Assembly (NCBI GenBank): GCA_965113315.1
Contig: OZ220363.1
From: Podarcis vaucheri
Lineage: Eukaryota
Length of the DNA stretch: 64,000 nucleotides
Strand: one strand, 5' to 3'
Shown: positions 12,260 to 24,425 of the stretch, piece after piece
Layout of the letters: each line of letters begins with the position of its first letter
Numbering within the stretch: position 1 is the first letter of the stretch
Translations under genes and position numbers: made by a program
The notes under the pieces: model-generated
Databases searched by the model: none
Seen by the model: only the letters and a program-made list of their open reading frames with translations
Told to the model about the DNA's origin: nothing

Positions 12260-12850
12260 TAAAAAACCAAATTAAATCTACATCAGAATAAAACCAACAG
12301 CAGAGAAATAGCACTAGCCAAGATATAAAAACAGGGTTTTAAAAATAAAAAAGTGCGGGACTAAGAAAAGGTCTCCACTGTCGCCAAAAAACTGCAATGT
12401 AGATGCCAGGCAAGCCTCTCTGGGGAAGGCATTGTGCAACCAAAGTGCCATCCTGGTGTTGATTCAGAAAAAGGACCTCTCCCTAGTGGTCATCCATCTC
12501 ACTTTATTTGGGAGAGTACCTGAAGAAGAGCTTCTGAAGATGCTTTTAGGATCCAGGCAGGTATATCTGAGAGGAGATGATCCTTCAGGTAACCTGGCTC
12601 CAAGCCATTGAGGTCATTAAATGTTAATACTGGCACTTTCAAGTTGACCCAGAAACAGCCTGGCAGCCAGTGCAGATGGCAAAGCACTGGTGTAGTAGGA
12701 ACATATTGGCCAGTCCCTGTTAACAATCTTGCTTCCCTATTGTGGAACGCCTCAAGTTTTTAGTCTGTTTTGTAAGAGAGCCTCAGGTAGAATGCATCAC
12801 AGTAATCTAAGCAAGAAGTTACTGGAGTGTGAATAAGTGCAGCTAGGCTA
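12260..12850 (-). mobile_element. L2 LINE fragment (ORF2 C-terminus and 3' UTR)
   Basis: ORF 12499-12726 contains TPVLCHLHWLP...LKVPVLTFNDLNGLEPGYLKDHL, the L2 post-RT motif. Confidence 0.8.
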
Positions 12851-15716
12851 TTTGAGTTTCAGGCCCAAAGTGCATGAGACACAGGAGATCCGTGATTGGA
12901 TCACCCTTTGTTGTTTATTACCCTTAAACTGCTGTTGGGGTTCCAAATTTGACTGGGGAAGCAGCACAGGGCAAAATATTATGCCTTTCTCCTCAAACCA
13001 TTTTCCACAACTTAAACTTCACCGCCGAAGCTGCCATTAGCTCTGCTGAATAGGGGGACATTCACTCCGATGAAACACAGACGCTATCTATGAGAAGGGT
13101 CTCCCAGCTTTGTGTCCGAACCCTCCCAGCACCAGCCATTCTGTTTTCATCCAGGGTTACCCAATATTTTAATTTCCTAGATTTGGGGGCTCCCACTGCT
13201 TTGCATCACCATGAGCTGAGCAGGTGGTTATGTTTGCCCTGTTCAAAAATAATAAAAATAAAAAACCCCTCTCTTGAACTCTTCACTGTATCCTTATTGA
13301 TTTATTTGGGGGTGGGGATAATGAAACAAGGTTTCCAGGGTTATACAACGTTCAGACAGATGTGTTTGCATAGGGGATAAAAGCAGTGGAGTGACTAGCA
13401 ATCCAAATTTAAATCTGTTTTGAACATTGCTAGCTGTGCGTCAGGTCCATTATTGAAATTTGTGGTCAATAAGCTGCTATATTTCAAACATATTAAGGTG
13501 AGTTCATGTATTGATTTTCAACAAAGAAAAAGCCTGTTACCTTCCTGCTTGTTTTTCATTTATATATACTTCCCTAACATAAGAAGCAATGATCTATTAT
13601 CAACTGTTCCATAATGATATACTTTATGCATTCAGGTGACCAAATGATAGCTACAATTATTGCACTTGGCCTCTCTATTAAACCCCTCTTTTGGCCTGAA
13701 AGGTCAAAGAAAAATTCACTCTGGATTGCTACAAATGGTCTTTTAGTGACTTTGTCATCATTTTAAGAACTCTGCAGAGAAAAGTAAGACTGGCAAGTTT
13801 TTGGAAGGAATCATTTCACATGTTATTAAGCCACCATAGCAGCTATTTTTCTCCTTCTCTAGACACCCTTGTGTGTGGTAGGACTCCGAAGCTAGTGTGG
13901 AATACTCTTAGTTGAAAGATTTGTAAATGGAAGAGACAGGGTTCAAACTTGTGATCACCCATGAAGCTTACTGGGACAGGCAAAGTCCCTGTTTTTTCAG
14001 CCTAACCTGCTTCACTAGCTTGCTGTGAAGATAAGATGGTGTGAATTCAATGTTCTGTGCACCAGTCCAAGCTGCTTGGAGAAGTGCAGGATACCAGTGT
14101 GCTCCCACTGACGCTCTTTATGCCTTGAAAGTGTTTCTTTATGTATTGCCTGTGTCCCTCACTATCCACCCCACGTCTTCCCAGTGGGTCTCCTTATTTC
14201 TAGCACTCCCACTCTTCTAGTCTCCACCCACTTCCCATCAGCTAGTTCCTGTTTGCTGGGAAATATTAATGAGCTGGTCTGCAGAGAACACAGCAGGCGT
14301 GGAACTGTCTGCTGGGTTCATTAAATCACAGGCACAGTTGATCCCTGGGATGCAGCCATATGAGGGGGGCCCTGAGGCAAGGAGTCAAAGAGGGTCCCAT
14401 CGCACACATGGAACATTAACTTCTGGACTTTTGTCTTCATAAATGTATCAAGCCTAATTCATAAGTGCCTCTCTTTGTGCTCCATGTCCACTTTAGACAG
14501 AAAGTAAATGTATGTGTACGATGATTTTTAATATGTCGGCCAACGTGTATTTATTTATTTATTTGCACCTAATGTTTCTTTGGTCGGTTTTGTTGCCAGA
14601 CCCCTGGCAATGGTTGGGAGTTAGAAAATGGTTCTAGTATTAGATTTCTTTGTCTTTCCGTACTGATAGTTTCCTTTGACTGTAGTTGGAAGAAGGGCTT
14701 TTTAGCTTAGAAAAAAAGACAAATAACAGAGCAATCCAATTCAAGTTACACCAGCTGATGGGGACAGAGAATCTGGAGGAAATGCTGCTACTCTGGCCAA
14801 ACACCAGATGCATCACTACCCTGGCAAGCACACCAGATGCTATGCTGGTGCGTCTGCAGTGGTGGCGAACGCATGTCAGGAAACGGGCCCAAGCAAGGTG
14901 GAGTTGTGAGGTAGATGGAGGTGACCACACATTTATGCCATATTCTACACTCCTGTGGCCATGCCTCCATTGATGACACCACCTCCAGACCTGGTGCAAG
15001 AAATTTCCTCCCCACTGATTTCAGGGGAAGGCATGTAAAATAACTGCTCTCCCATCAACAAATGCTCCACACACATTGCCATGGCAGAGCACAGAATATG
15101 ATTGGCAGAGCACAGAATATGATTGGCTCACTCGCAGCCTACCGCCACCAGTGTAAACTCATACAAGAATCTCACCTTGAGACTCCAGGCATAGACACCC
15201 AACAGCTACCTCCACTCCTACACCTGGAGATGTCAGGACAAAGCACCCCACACAGGTAAGCAAGGAAAGAGGGAAAGCATGCTTCAAGTACTGTACAACT
15301 GCTGCATCTGTCTCCTGTGTATTCCCCATCACACCCTTTCTCAATCAAGGGCCACATTGCCTTAAGGGGAAATGGTTGGTGGCCCACCTATTGGTAGTAG
15401 ACTGGCCCAAAATTAGTGGGTGACAAAAAAAATAATAATAGTTGGTGACACCACTTTCTCTCTCTTTATGACATCTCTTTTTCTCTCTGTGGATCCCTGT
15501 TTCTCCCCTCCACAATCCATTCATTTCTCTCACACAACAATCCCACCTACCCACTTCTGTGTATACAGGCATGCACCCCATTCATTCACCATCCATATAT
15601 TCTCTCTTCTATTATCCCTCACAAACATGCACTATCTAACCAAACACCACACCCAACTATCCATCCATACACACAGCCAATCCATATACTTGCCCATTCA
15701 TTCATTTGTGCGCACG

Positions 15717-15763
<47 letters not shown>

Positions 15764-16079
15764 ACCTAGGATCAAGTTTTTTCTGTTGCTCACCTCTGCA
15801 CTTTCCTGGTTCACACTCCTAGCCAAACCCATTATCCATCATTATCTCCTCCTTTTTCGTTTTGGCTGGCCTTCCCCAGCCCACATTTCAGTCATTCATT
15901 CCCCTCTCTGCACCTTTCACCCATTGGTTTCTTCATTATTCTCCTACTTTGTTTTCTCCAGAGGGAAAGAGAGAAACTATCAAACAGACAGACAGGAAAG
16001 CTTCCTGTACTCTTGTTCTCACACTCTGTGGTTGACCATCCAAGCTTGCAATCAGTTGGCTTGCCAGCCTGCCAATCAG

Positions 16080-16118
<39 letters not shown>

Positions 16119-16160
16119 CCTCTCTCTCTCTCTCTCTCCCTCTCTCTATCCCTCTCTCCT
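16080..16160. repeat. (CT)n polypyrimidine microsatellite
   Basis: Read directly. Confidence 0.95.
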
Positions 16161-16189
16161 TGTCCATATTTGAGCATTCTAGATTCAGG

Positions 16190-16510
16190 TAGGTAGCCAT
16201 GTTGGTCTGACGCAGTTGAAATAAAAAAAATAAAAAATAAAAAGTAGCACCTTATAGACCAACTAAAATTGTTCTGGTATAAGCTTTCGTGTGCATGCAC
16301 ACTTCTTCAGATACACTGAAACAAAAGTCACCAGACCCTTATCTATAGTGGGAGGGTGGAGTGTGGTATTTCTCAAAAGGGTAGTAGGAGATGGGTGATT
16401 GGCTCAAACCATACCCATTGCACCCATTTTGTGCATGCACACGAAAGCTTATACCAGAACAAACTTAGTTGGTCTATACGGTGCTGCTTTTAATTTTTTA
16501 ATTTTTATTT
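16190..16510 (-). mobile_element. Penelope-like element terminal-repeat fragment with an inverted partial copy
   Basis: GGTAGCCATGTTGGTCTG...TAGCACCTTATAGACCAACT...AAGCTTTCGTGTGCATGCACACTTCTTCAG, plus a 60-bp inverted copy at 16431-16490. It carries a hammerhead core. Confidence 0.75.
16277..16314 (-). ncRNA. Minimal type I hammerhead ribozyme motif
   Basis: Minus strand reads GUAU-CUGAAGA-A-GUGUGCAUGCACAC-GAAA-GCU-U-AUAC. It has both core boxes, stem II, a palindromic stem III (AGCU) and a 4-bp stem I. Confidence 0.7.
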
Positions 16511-17264
16511 TGACATTTGAGCATTGTTTAGTCCACTTTCCCCCCCATTTGAATTTGACTGGAGCACTCAAGCACATATCTGAATTTGTATATGAGGAGC
16601 AACTTCTGTCTTTCTCATTCATACTAGTAGGTCCTCTCTTTTGTGTTTGTCCCTGCCTTCTAACTTTTTGATTCAATTATGCTGCTTAAGTACCGACAGA
16701 GCATGTGCACAGGTAGCTGCACATGCACTTTGTTTTTGAGAATCCCTGCCCCCATCAGGAAGTGCACAAAAGCACCAACATCAGGAAATTGTAAATTCTC
16801 AGCACACCTCTCTTTTGCACTTTTCTGTTTTTGTGCAAACATGGGGGATCCAAAGGGGGAAAATCCATTCCGAAGCACATTAGAAATAGTTACAAGCATG
16901 GCCCTAAAAGAAAGGAAACCAATTGTAAATTGTGTGGAGCAGTTTGGAGCCCGTTTTACTACAGTTTATTTTATTATCCCTGTTATCAGGTAACCCTGAA
17001 TTTACACGGGGGGATGTGCAGAGATTTGTGTTGTTGAGGGTATTATCATGCAGCCTGTGCAAATTAAATGGGAAGGCAAGCAGCTGCAAACACACAGTAA
17101 ACTCCAGTGTGGACAAACTTTCTCTCTTTCTCTCTCTCCTCATGGTGCTTAGATTGCTATGGGCCAGATGAAACCACAGAAGGGCAAAATAGGAGGAGGC
17201 AAATGGATGAGAGGCCACAAGCCAGGTTGGAAGGCTCCATAAGCCCTAATCCCAACCCCTGCTA

Positions 17265-17644
17265 CAGTGGTGCCTCGCAAGATGAAAAGAATCCGTTCCG
17301 CGAGTCTCTTCGTCTTGCGTTTTTTTGTCTTGTGAAGCAAGCCCATTAGCGGCTTAGCAGATTAGCGCTATTAGCGGCTTAGCGGGCTTAGCGGATCAGC
17401 TGTTAAGCGGCTTAGCGGATCAGCTGATAAGCGGCTTAGCGGCTTAGGATCAGCTGATAAGCGGCTTAGCGGCTTGGGGAAAAGGGGGGGGAGGAAAAAA
17501 AACCTGCAGGAACTCGCAAGACATTTTCGTCTTGCAAAGCAAGCCCATAGGAAATTCGTTTTGCGAAGCACCTCCAAAACGGAAAACCCTTTCGTCTAGC
17601 GGGTTTTCCGTCTTGCGAGGCATTCGTCTTGCGGGGCACCACTG
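17265..17644. mobile_element. Tc1/mariner (Tigger-like) MITE with internal minisatellite
   Basis: TA flanks and TIRs CAGTGGTGCCTCGCAAGA / TCTTGCGGGGCACCACTG. Internal repeats of GCGGCTTAGCGG and GATCAGCTGATAA. Confidence 0.85.
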
Positions 17645-18989
17645 TATATGTGAATTCTTGGTCTTGTCTGAACTATATGGCTGTAACACTCTTTCCCTTC
17701 AACAGTGGGGAACAATGTATTCCACTCACAGGAGGCATTCAACCCCACAAACAGGTAAGCTCTTTGTTGGCAGAAGCCAACCATTGCCACTCTTGGCTGA
17801 TGAGCACCACTGACTTGCAGGATCACAGCTCACAAAGTTCCTCTGCCACCCACACAAGGGATAGATACATGCAGCTATTGCAGTCCTTTCATCCCCCATA
17901 TTGAGCGGGGCAGGGAGCCTGAGCACAGGTGGCTACAAGGCGCCCTCTGTCTCACTCCCTCACAAGCACTTACCGTGCATCCAGGACCAGGGACTATGAG
18001 CTCCAGATGCTGACTACTGCTTGATGCTCTCTGTCTGTCTCTCTCAGATGCAGGATCCGTCTCATACTCCGTTCTATGCAGGCCACGAGGGAGAAATACC
18101 CCATGACCAACAGCAGGGACTGGGATAATGGAGTTGTTAACTTACTTCCCCCAGGCAGGCTCCTGCACTGTTCCAAGCCCTTGCAAGCTCTTTGACAGAC
18201 AGTTGTGCAACAGGTGAAGGTGTTTCTGGCATGGAGACCCTGTATCTGCCACCCTGCTGTCTGCCGAGCCGCAGTCCAAGGCACTGGAACCTTGTTGGGC
18301 GTCTGCTTGGCAATGTCATCTATGTACCTTTCCCTTTCAGGATCTCCATCGTCCTGGATGCTAATCAATAAAGGCTGTGAGTTTGCCACATGTGGTGTGT
18401 CTTCTTTGCGAGGAGGCATTAGATAGGGCTCCCTTGACCCCTCCCTGCAGGATCTAGCTTCAAGAATGGACTGGGAGCCAGGGAGTTTGCTGGGTGCAGG
18501 GACAGCGGCCTGTGCACTCAGGTTCCCTGGCCTATGAGGGGGCAGACTGCTCAGGAACATGCAGAGATTATGACAGGGTTTGACTTTGCACTACATACCC
18601 AGTGCCATCCAGAAGAACTCCAGTGCAGTTGTTTGTTTCTCAGAGCTGGGTCACACATGCATGTATATCTCTTGACAGCTGTACGCACGCTGATTTGCGG
18701 TTCTTAATTAGGCTATATAAAAAAAGGCATCCCTCACATCAAAGATGGGCAATGTAGTGTCATGTGCTTCCCTCTTGTGGTAGAACTAGGAAGAGCTATG
18801 CTATAGAAGCAAGGTGCAGTTGCTATAGGGAGGAGCAGGAACCTTGTGATACCTAGCTGAATGTTTGATTCCCTTAAGATGCATGTGGTGCAGGATTGTC
18901 ACACATGGTGGTGTATACACAGGATTCTTGCCCATAGGAATTTTGTAAAATGTGATGCAGCCCTAAAAGAAGATAAGGCTATTGATGGC

Positions 18990-19160
18990 TGTGTTCTACC
19001 TCCATGGATAGAGGCAGTATGCCTCTGAATGCTGGGAATCACAAGTGGGGAGAGTGCTGTTGCCCTCAGGTCCTGCTTTCCACAGGCATCTGGCTGCCCA
19101 GTGTGAATACAGGACGCTGGACCAGATTGGACTTTGGCCTGAACTAGCAGTGCTCTTACA
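18990..19160 (+). mobile_element. Old CR1-type LINE 3' end
   Basis: GGCATCTGGCTGCCCAGTGTGAATACAGGACGCTGGACCAGATTGGACTTTGGCCTGA resembles the 3' terminus of squamate CR1-type repeats. Confidence 0.5.
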
Positions 19161-19868
19161 AAGGAAACCTTACAAAGAGCGGCTTTGGGAGCCTTGTGCT
19201 TGGAACGTGGCTTCCCCACCCTTGTTCTCAAGCAATTCTATATAAACCACTAAAATAATAACACACAAATCTAAGGGTGCCTCTAGGCACAAAATTTTGT
19301 GGGAGGGATTCAAGCCCATACAAATACTTTAGGTTGATACAATCCGCTTCTTTTAAAAACCTGGACTTTTTCCCATTTGGGAAGTGAAGGGGAAATGCAT
19401 TTTAAAGTACTGGATGACCCGGGGATTAACGGGAACACCCCACAAGCAGATCAGGATGAATGCTCACTGTCGTATAACCAACCTGTAAAAATCAGAATGA
19501 ATGCTTAGTAAAGACTAGATCTACTCTAACCACCACAAATGCTTTTGCAATCAAATAAGGATGAGTGCTGAATAAACAGGTCCTCTGCAATCAAAAAAGC
19601 TCATCTGGAGCAGCCCTGAATGCTAACATACACACGCACTCCCCAAAGACCCAGGGCCATAAAAATGCCTTAACCTATGTTATGAAGACACTCTCCCCAT
19701 GGACCTCGTGGGGGTGAGTATGACATAGATGGGATGCCACAACAAAAAAGCACGACACTCAGAAGGTGCCAACCTCACCTGTAACAGGGAAGGCTCTCAG
19801 CACAGAACATATTGAGTTAATTCTGGCAAGGGGGCGGGGAGTTCAGTATGAAAGGAAGTCATTTAAGG

Positions 19869-20316
19869 CAGAGGTTTTCAACCTTTTTGAGTCCACGTCT
19901 CCCTTGACCTTCTTTCTGATGCACCCCTGTGGGGCTCAGGAGCCCAGTTATGGCACCCTTGCCTGCAGAGCCGGCAGCCTCTCACCCTTTTTCAAACACC
20001 CTCCCTTGGGGAGTCTTCCCTCAGCCTCCTCTTGTCTCCCCTCCTTGGGAGTGCTCTGGCAGCTAGTTCTGCTGCCCCTGGTCCCTGAGCTGCTCCCCCC
20101 ACCCCAAGAGAGATGCCTCCCAGAAGCACCATTTGCCTGCAGAGCTTGTAGCTAGTGCTGCTGTAATAAACAGCTGTGCAAGCCTTTGGGAGGCAGAGAC
20201 GTGAGAGGCCATCAGAAGGGGAAGAAAGAGGGACAGAGGCCAGTGTTGCCCGTGGCACCCCTGACCATCATTCAAGGCACCCCACGGTGCCCCAGCACAC
20301 TGGTTGAAAGCCACTG
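19869..20316. mobile_element. Non-autonomous hAT (Charlie-like) element
   Basis: TIRs CAGAGGTTTTCAACC / GGTTGAAAGCCACTG with a perfect 8-bp TSD ATTTAAGG (19861-19868 and 20317-20324). Confidence 0.88.
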
Positions 20317-22009
20317 ATTTAAGGTCTTATCCACACTTTCTCTTTTCCTGGGAAAAACCACTCTTTAGCACTTGGTCGGAGCAAACAGTAATTCATTCCC
20401 CCCCCTTGCCATTTGTTCCAATCTATTGCTAAAGAGCAGTTTTTCCCTTGGAAAAGAGCAGGGCAAGGGAAAACCACTTGGACTTGTGCCTAGAAAGTGT
20501 GGGTCTAGCAGAAAACGTCTTGGACCCATGCTAATGAGCCCTAAGTTATCCAAGCCCCAAACTATAAAGCGCATTGAAGTTCAACACTAGCAACTTGCAT
20601 TTGGTACAGAAACAAACAGGCAGCCAATAAAATCTTCATAATTCATCAATGATGGGAATATTGCAGTGCAGGATTTTTGGATTAGCTGAAGTTTCCAAAT
20701 TGTCTTCAGATAAACAGGGCTGCATGGTGAGGAATCTTGCCGGTATGCATTCACTTTCTTTGCCACCAAGAGATGTGCAGATTGTTGTGTTTGTAGTATC
20801 CTCTGTAATTCCTCAGAATCCCTTATGCACTTCTCCTGAAGAACTTTGACCCTTGTTTTATACAGAATGAGTGACTTTTCCCTGGGCATAGCATCTTACA
20901 ATCTGCAGAATGTCATTCCTGTTAATATAATTCTTATCTCCTTGCCCTCTGTCTCCTTTTTCCACTCTATCCTTAATCTTCATATTATTCAAGTCCTTGT
21001 AGATGGTAATGTTCCAGGCTCCACTGTCAGGAGCACACAGAGCACCATTGCTAAACAATGCACAACACAGTTCAGTTTGGCTTTGTAGTGAATCCCACAT
21101 GAGGTGTTGTTCACATAACACAGTATCCATCTCAACAACTTGTCTCAAATAGCTGCAGCAGAAAGACAGGGGGGAAATGTATTTTCCCCCCTTTCTTTTA
21201 TTCTCTTTGTGCTCTGTGGACATTGGGGAGAGGGGACCATGCATTTGATCCTTCACTAATAGGTTTCAAACATGACTATCACCAGGAGAGAAACTGCCAT
21301 TTATATATACAGCAGGTGATGGGGTTCTGCACTTTAAAATCTTAGCTCCTGTAGCCAGAAAGATGGTTAGAGCAGAGCCTGGGAAACCAGGATTCAAATC
21401 CCCAATCAGGACCTTGGGCCAATCATTGTCTCTTAGCCTAACCTCCCTCACAGGGAAGTTGTGGAGATAAAATGGGAAGGAGGAGAACCTTGTAGGCCAC
21501 CTTGAGCTCCCTGGATAAAAATGTAATCATGCAGATTTCCATGCACTAAGCAAATTTACGTCAGGCATTACTGGGGAAGGGCAAGAGGAGGCATTGGCCC
21601 CTCCTTGTCTCCCCCCTTTCGCAATTCCATAGCCTCCAAGATAAAAACAGAGACGTTATTGTGGATTTGACACATTCATAGTTAACACAGCCTGAGCATA
21701 ACACACCACACCACTACCTTCACGCCCAGGTGTTCTGCGAGAGCCAGTATTCCTTTTCCTTGAAGCAAATATGGAACAACACACCTTCCATATTGCTCGT
21801 AATGCAGAAGGCATTAAAAATGTTAGGCCATTTACATGAAATAATTCCTTTGAATGCATACAAATGTTCTCATTTCTCCAACAGTGGCAAATGAGCTTTA
21901 AGCAAAGAGATAAACCTTTGTCGAGGCCTGTACACACCAAAGCTAGGAGGCTGGCCCAAGCTGCCACGGCCGAGCCAGGCCACAACCACTGCTCCCTACT
22001 AGCTGGCGG

Positions 22010-22350
22010 TCAGGGTTCCTTCTCTGCCTTGGAGCTCTCAAGCTGCAGGTCTGTCTGTCTGAGTCTGAACCTGACAGCCCTGTGGAAGCCAAAGTTAATG
22101 GCCTCCTTGTTCTACTGCTGGCAGGTGAAGTCTTTCTTGTTCCAACAGGCTTTGAGAACTGTTTTTAAGGAAAGGGCTGGTGCTGTGATGTTTTTATTGT
22201 AATTATCTGTTCGTTTTAATAGATGTATTGTGTGTATGTGTGTTACATTTTTTTTTTTAATGACTGCTTTTTTCCTGTTTTTAGCTGTCTCTGTTTTAGC
22301 TGCAAGCTGTCTCGAGTCCCTGTCAGGGGAAAGGATGGGATATAAATCTG
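22010..22350 (+). mobile_element. Degenerate L2-type LINE 3' end
   Basis: T-rich 3' UTR ending ...GAGTCCC...GGGAAAGGATGGGATATAAAT, followed by (GAT)n. Confidence 0.5.
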
Positions 22351-24149
22351 ATGATGATGATGATGATGATGGCAGGGCCAGTCATAAAATAAATGGCACC
22401 ACAGGCAAGGAGCATCTTTGATGCTCCCTCCATTTCTTCCACTTCTTAATGCCTTATTTTTTAATAGAATTTATAGTCCATTTCCTGTCTTCTGCGCAAT
22501 TTACATGCATGATTTATCCCTGTCACATCAGATGATAAATTTGCACACTCTGATCTGTACCATGTGAACTGTTTCTGATATTTGTTTTGCCTCTTGAGTG
22601 GATTGTTGAGTAGACTGTCCATGTAAAGTCTCTCTAAAAGTGCAGGTCATGGTTTAATAACTATTCAGCATCTCAAAAAGAGGGTGGAAGATAAGGTTAG
22701 AAAATGAGTTAAGCAGGTTTTCTGAAGGGGTGGCTCTCTGTACCCGTACCCACCCCCCGCTGTCCCTCTAGATTGAAGCTGATGCATCTGAGTCTCGAAT
22801 AAGAAAGTGGATCCAGGAGTCTTTGTTGCTTGTGATCCATGAATCTCCGTTTTGATGATTAAGACTCTGGGAGAAGATCTTTTGCCTCCTGAGTAATCAG
22901 CAACCCTTCCAGGAATCTAATGGACACCCATCATTCCTACTTCCCTCTTGTCTAAAACTGAGTCCCCCTAACTTTGCTCTTGGGGCCTCATTTCCACCCA
23001 CGCTCATCCACAGGAGATACAAAGATCCCAGGGTCCCAAGAACTGTTGCGCTGAATGAGAGGCAATCCATACTGTCATCCTGGCTCTGGAGGAAGTGGCT
23101 TCTGTAACGTGACAGGCAGGCTGTCAGGAAGGATTTATCAAATTGGCCCTCCCCAATCCTGCTGAAGCAAGCACGTGGATCAGAGCCAGGAGCCATTTGA
23201 GAGATATCAGGGATGGGAGGAAGCTTAATCCTTCCTGACAGCTCCCTGGAATGCACCAAGCCCTGGGCAAGAAATCCAAGAGAGACTATTTATTCCCTTA
23301 AAATGTGTAAAGGATTCAGCTTCCTGCTATATTATCATGACATGTTCTCTGGAGAGAAGACAAAATAATCACCTGAGGAGCCTAGAGACCTGATAGGGCA
23401 AAGTACATGGAATAACGGAACACCAACAGGAGAATGGTCCCAAAACGCCTTCAGATCTGAGCTCTTCCGCAGTGTAGCAAGCGATTGTCCCATTTGCCCT
23501 CTGGCTGAGACCATTTTGAAAGGTTAATTTAAAAAGGGCTTCTGCTTTAGGAAAGGTGTGAAATGTGCAAGCCTAAGAGGGGTTGTCACTGCATTTTCTC
23601 CTTACTTCAGACCACGGGTATGTCCTTGAGGAAATCTACTAGAGCTATATAATCAGGCATCTCCTCAGCTTCCTTCCCTCTCTTCAGCCCAAAGTACACG
23701 TTGCAGGAAGAAGGGTGATAGGCACCCCTGTCATGTATATTGGGGAGAATGCATGTGACATTACAGGTCTGTACTTCCCACCCCCTTCCCCATAAGTGGC
23801 AGCTAATGAAGTGGAATGTGAAGTGGAGAAATATGTGGTGGTGTTGCATCACTTTAATTGAAAAAAAACCATCACATTACATCTGTGAGATATAATGTGA
23901 GATTTTTGGACCTGAGCTCCTGGCCACTTTTGCTACTGTATGCTTCATATCAATGGTTTCTTCAGTCAATATTGATGTAATGTTTGTTCACAGGCTCCGC
24001 CATTTTTTGAACCTACGGAGCTTGCAGTTTTTCTCAAGAAGCTGACTTAACTCCTCTGGAGTGCTACTATTGATTTACAGCAGCGTTGCTGTTGATAGAC
24101 AGTGTGAAGTTCTTTCAAACCTATAATGGCACTGTAGATGGGAAAGCAT

Positions 24150-24425
24150 TCCTGGAACATCTAATTCAACAGTCAGTCTGTGAGCATTTAGGAAAAGGAT
24201 GCTGTGATTACCAAGACCCAGCATGGGTTTCTCAAAAATAAGTCATGCCAGACCAATCTGATTTCTTTTTTTGATGGAATTACAAACTTGGTGGATCAGG
24301 GAAATGCTGTGGACATAGTGTATCTTGATTTCAGTAAGGCTTTTGACAAAGTCCCCCATGATATTCTCATGTGGAAGCTGGTGAAATGTGGTTTGAAAGA
24401 GGTAACTGTTAGGTGGATTTTTAGC
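24150..24425 (+). mobile_element. CR1 LINE reverse-transcriptase fragment
   Basis: Translates QHGFLKNKSCQTNLISFFDGITNLVDQGNAVDIVYLDFSKAFDKVPHDIL, typical CR1 RT. Confidence 0.9.

Noticed and set aside
15083-15127. Exact 21-bp tandem duplication GGCAGAGCACAGAATATGATT
   Set aside because: A simple local duplication. It preserves frame in the candidate ORF but means little alone.
17994-18560. 188-aa minus-strand ORF
   Set aside because: No recognisable motif or exon structure; consistent with a chance ORF.
20560-21150. Possible decayed retroelement coding fragment on the minus strand
   Set aside because: Similarity to RTE-like motifs is too weak to assign by eye.
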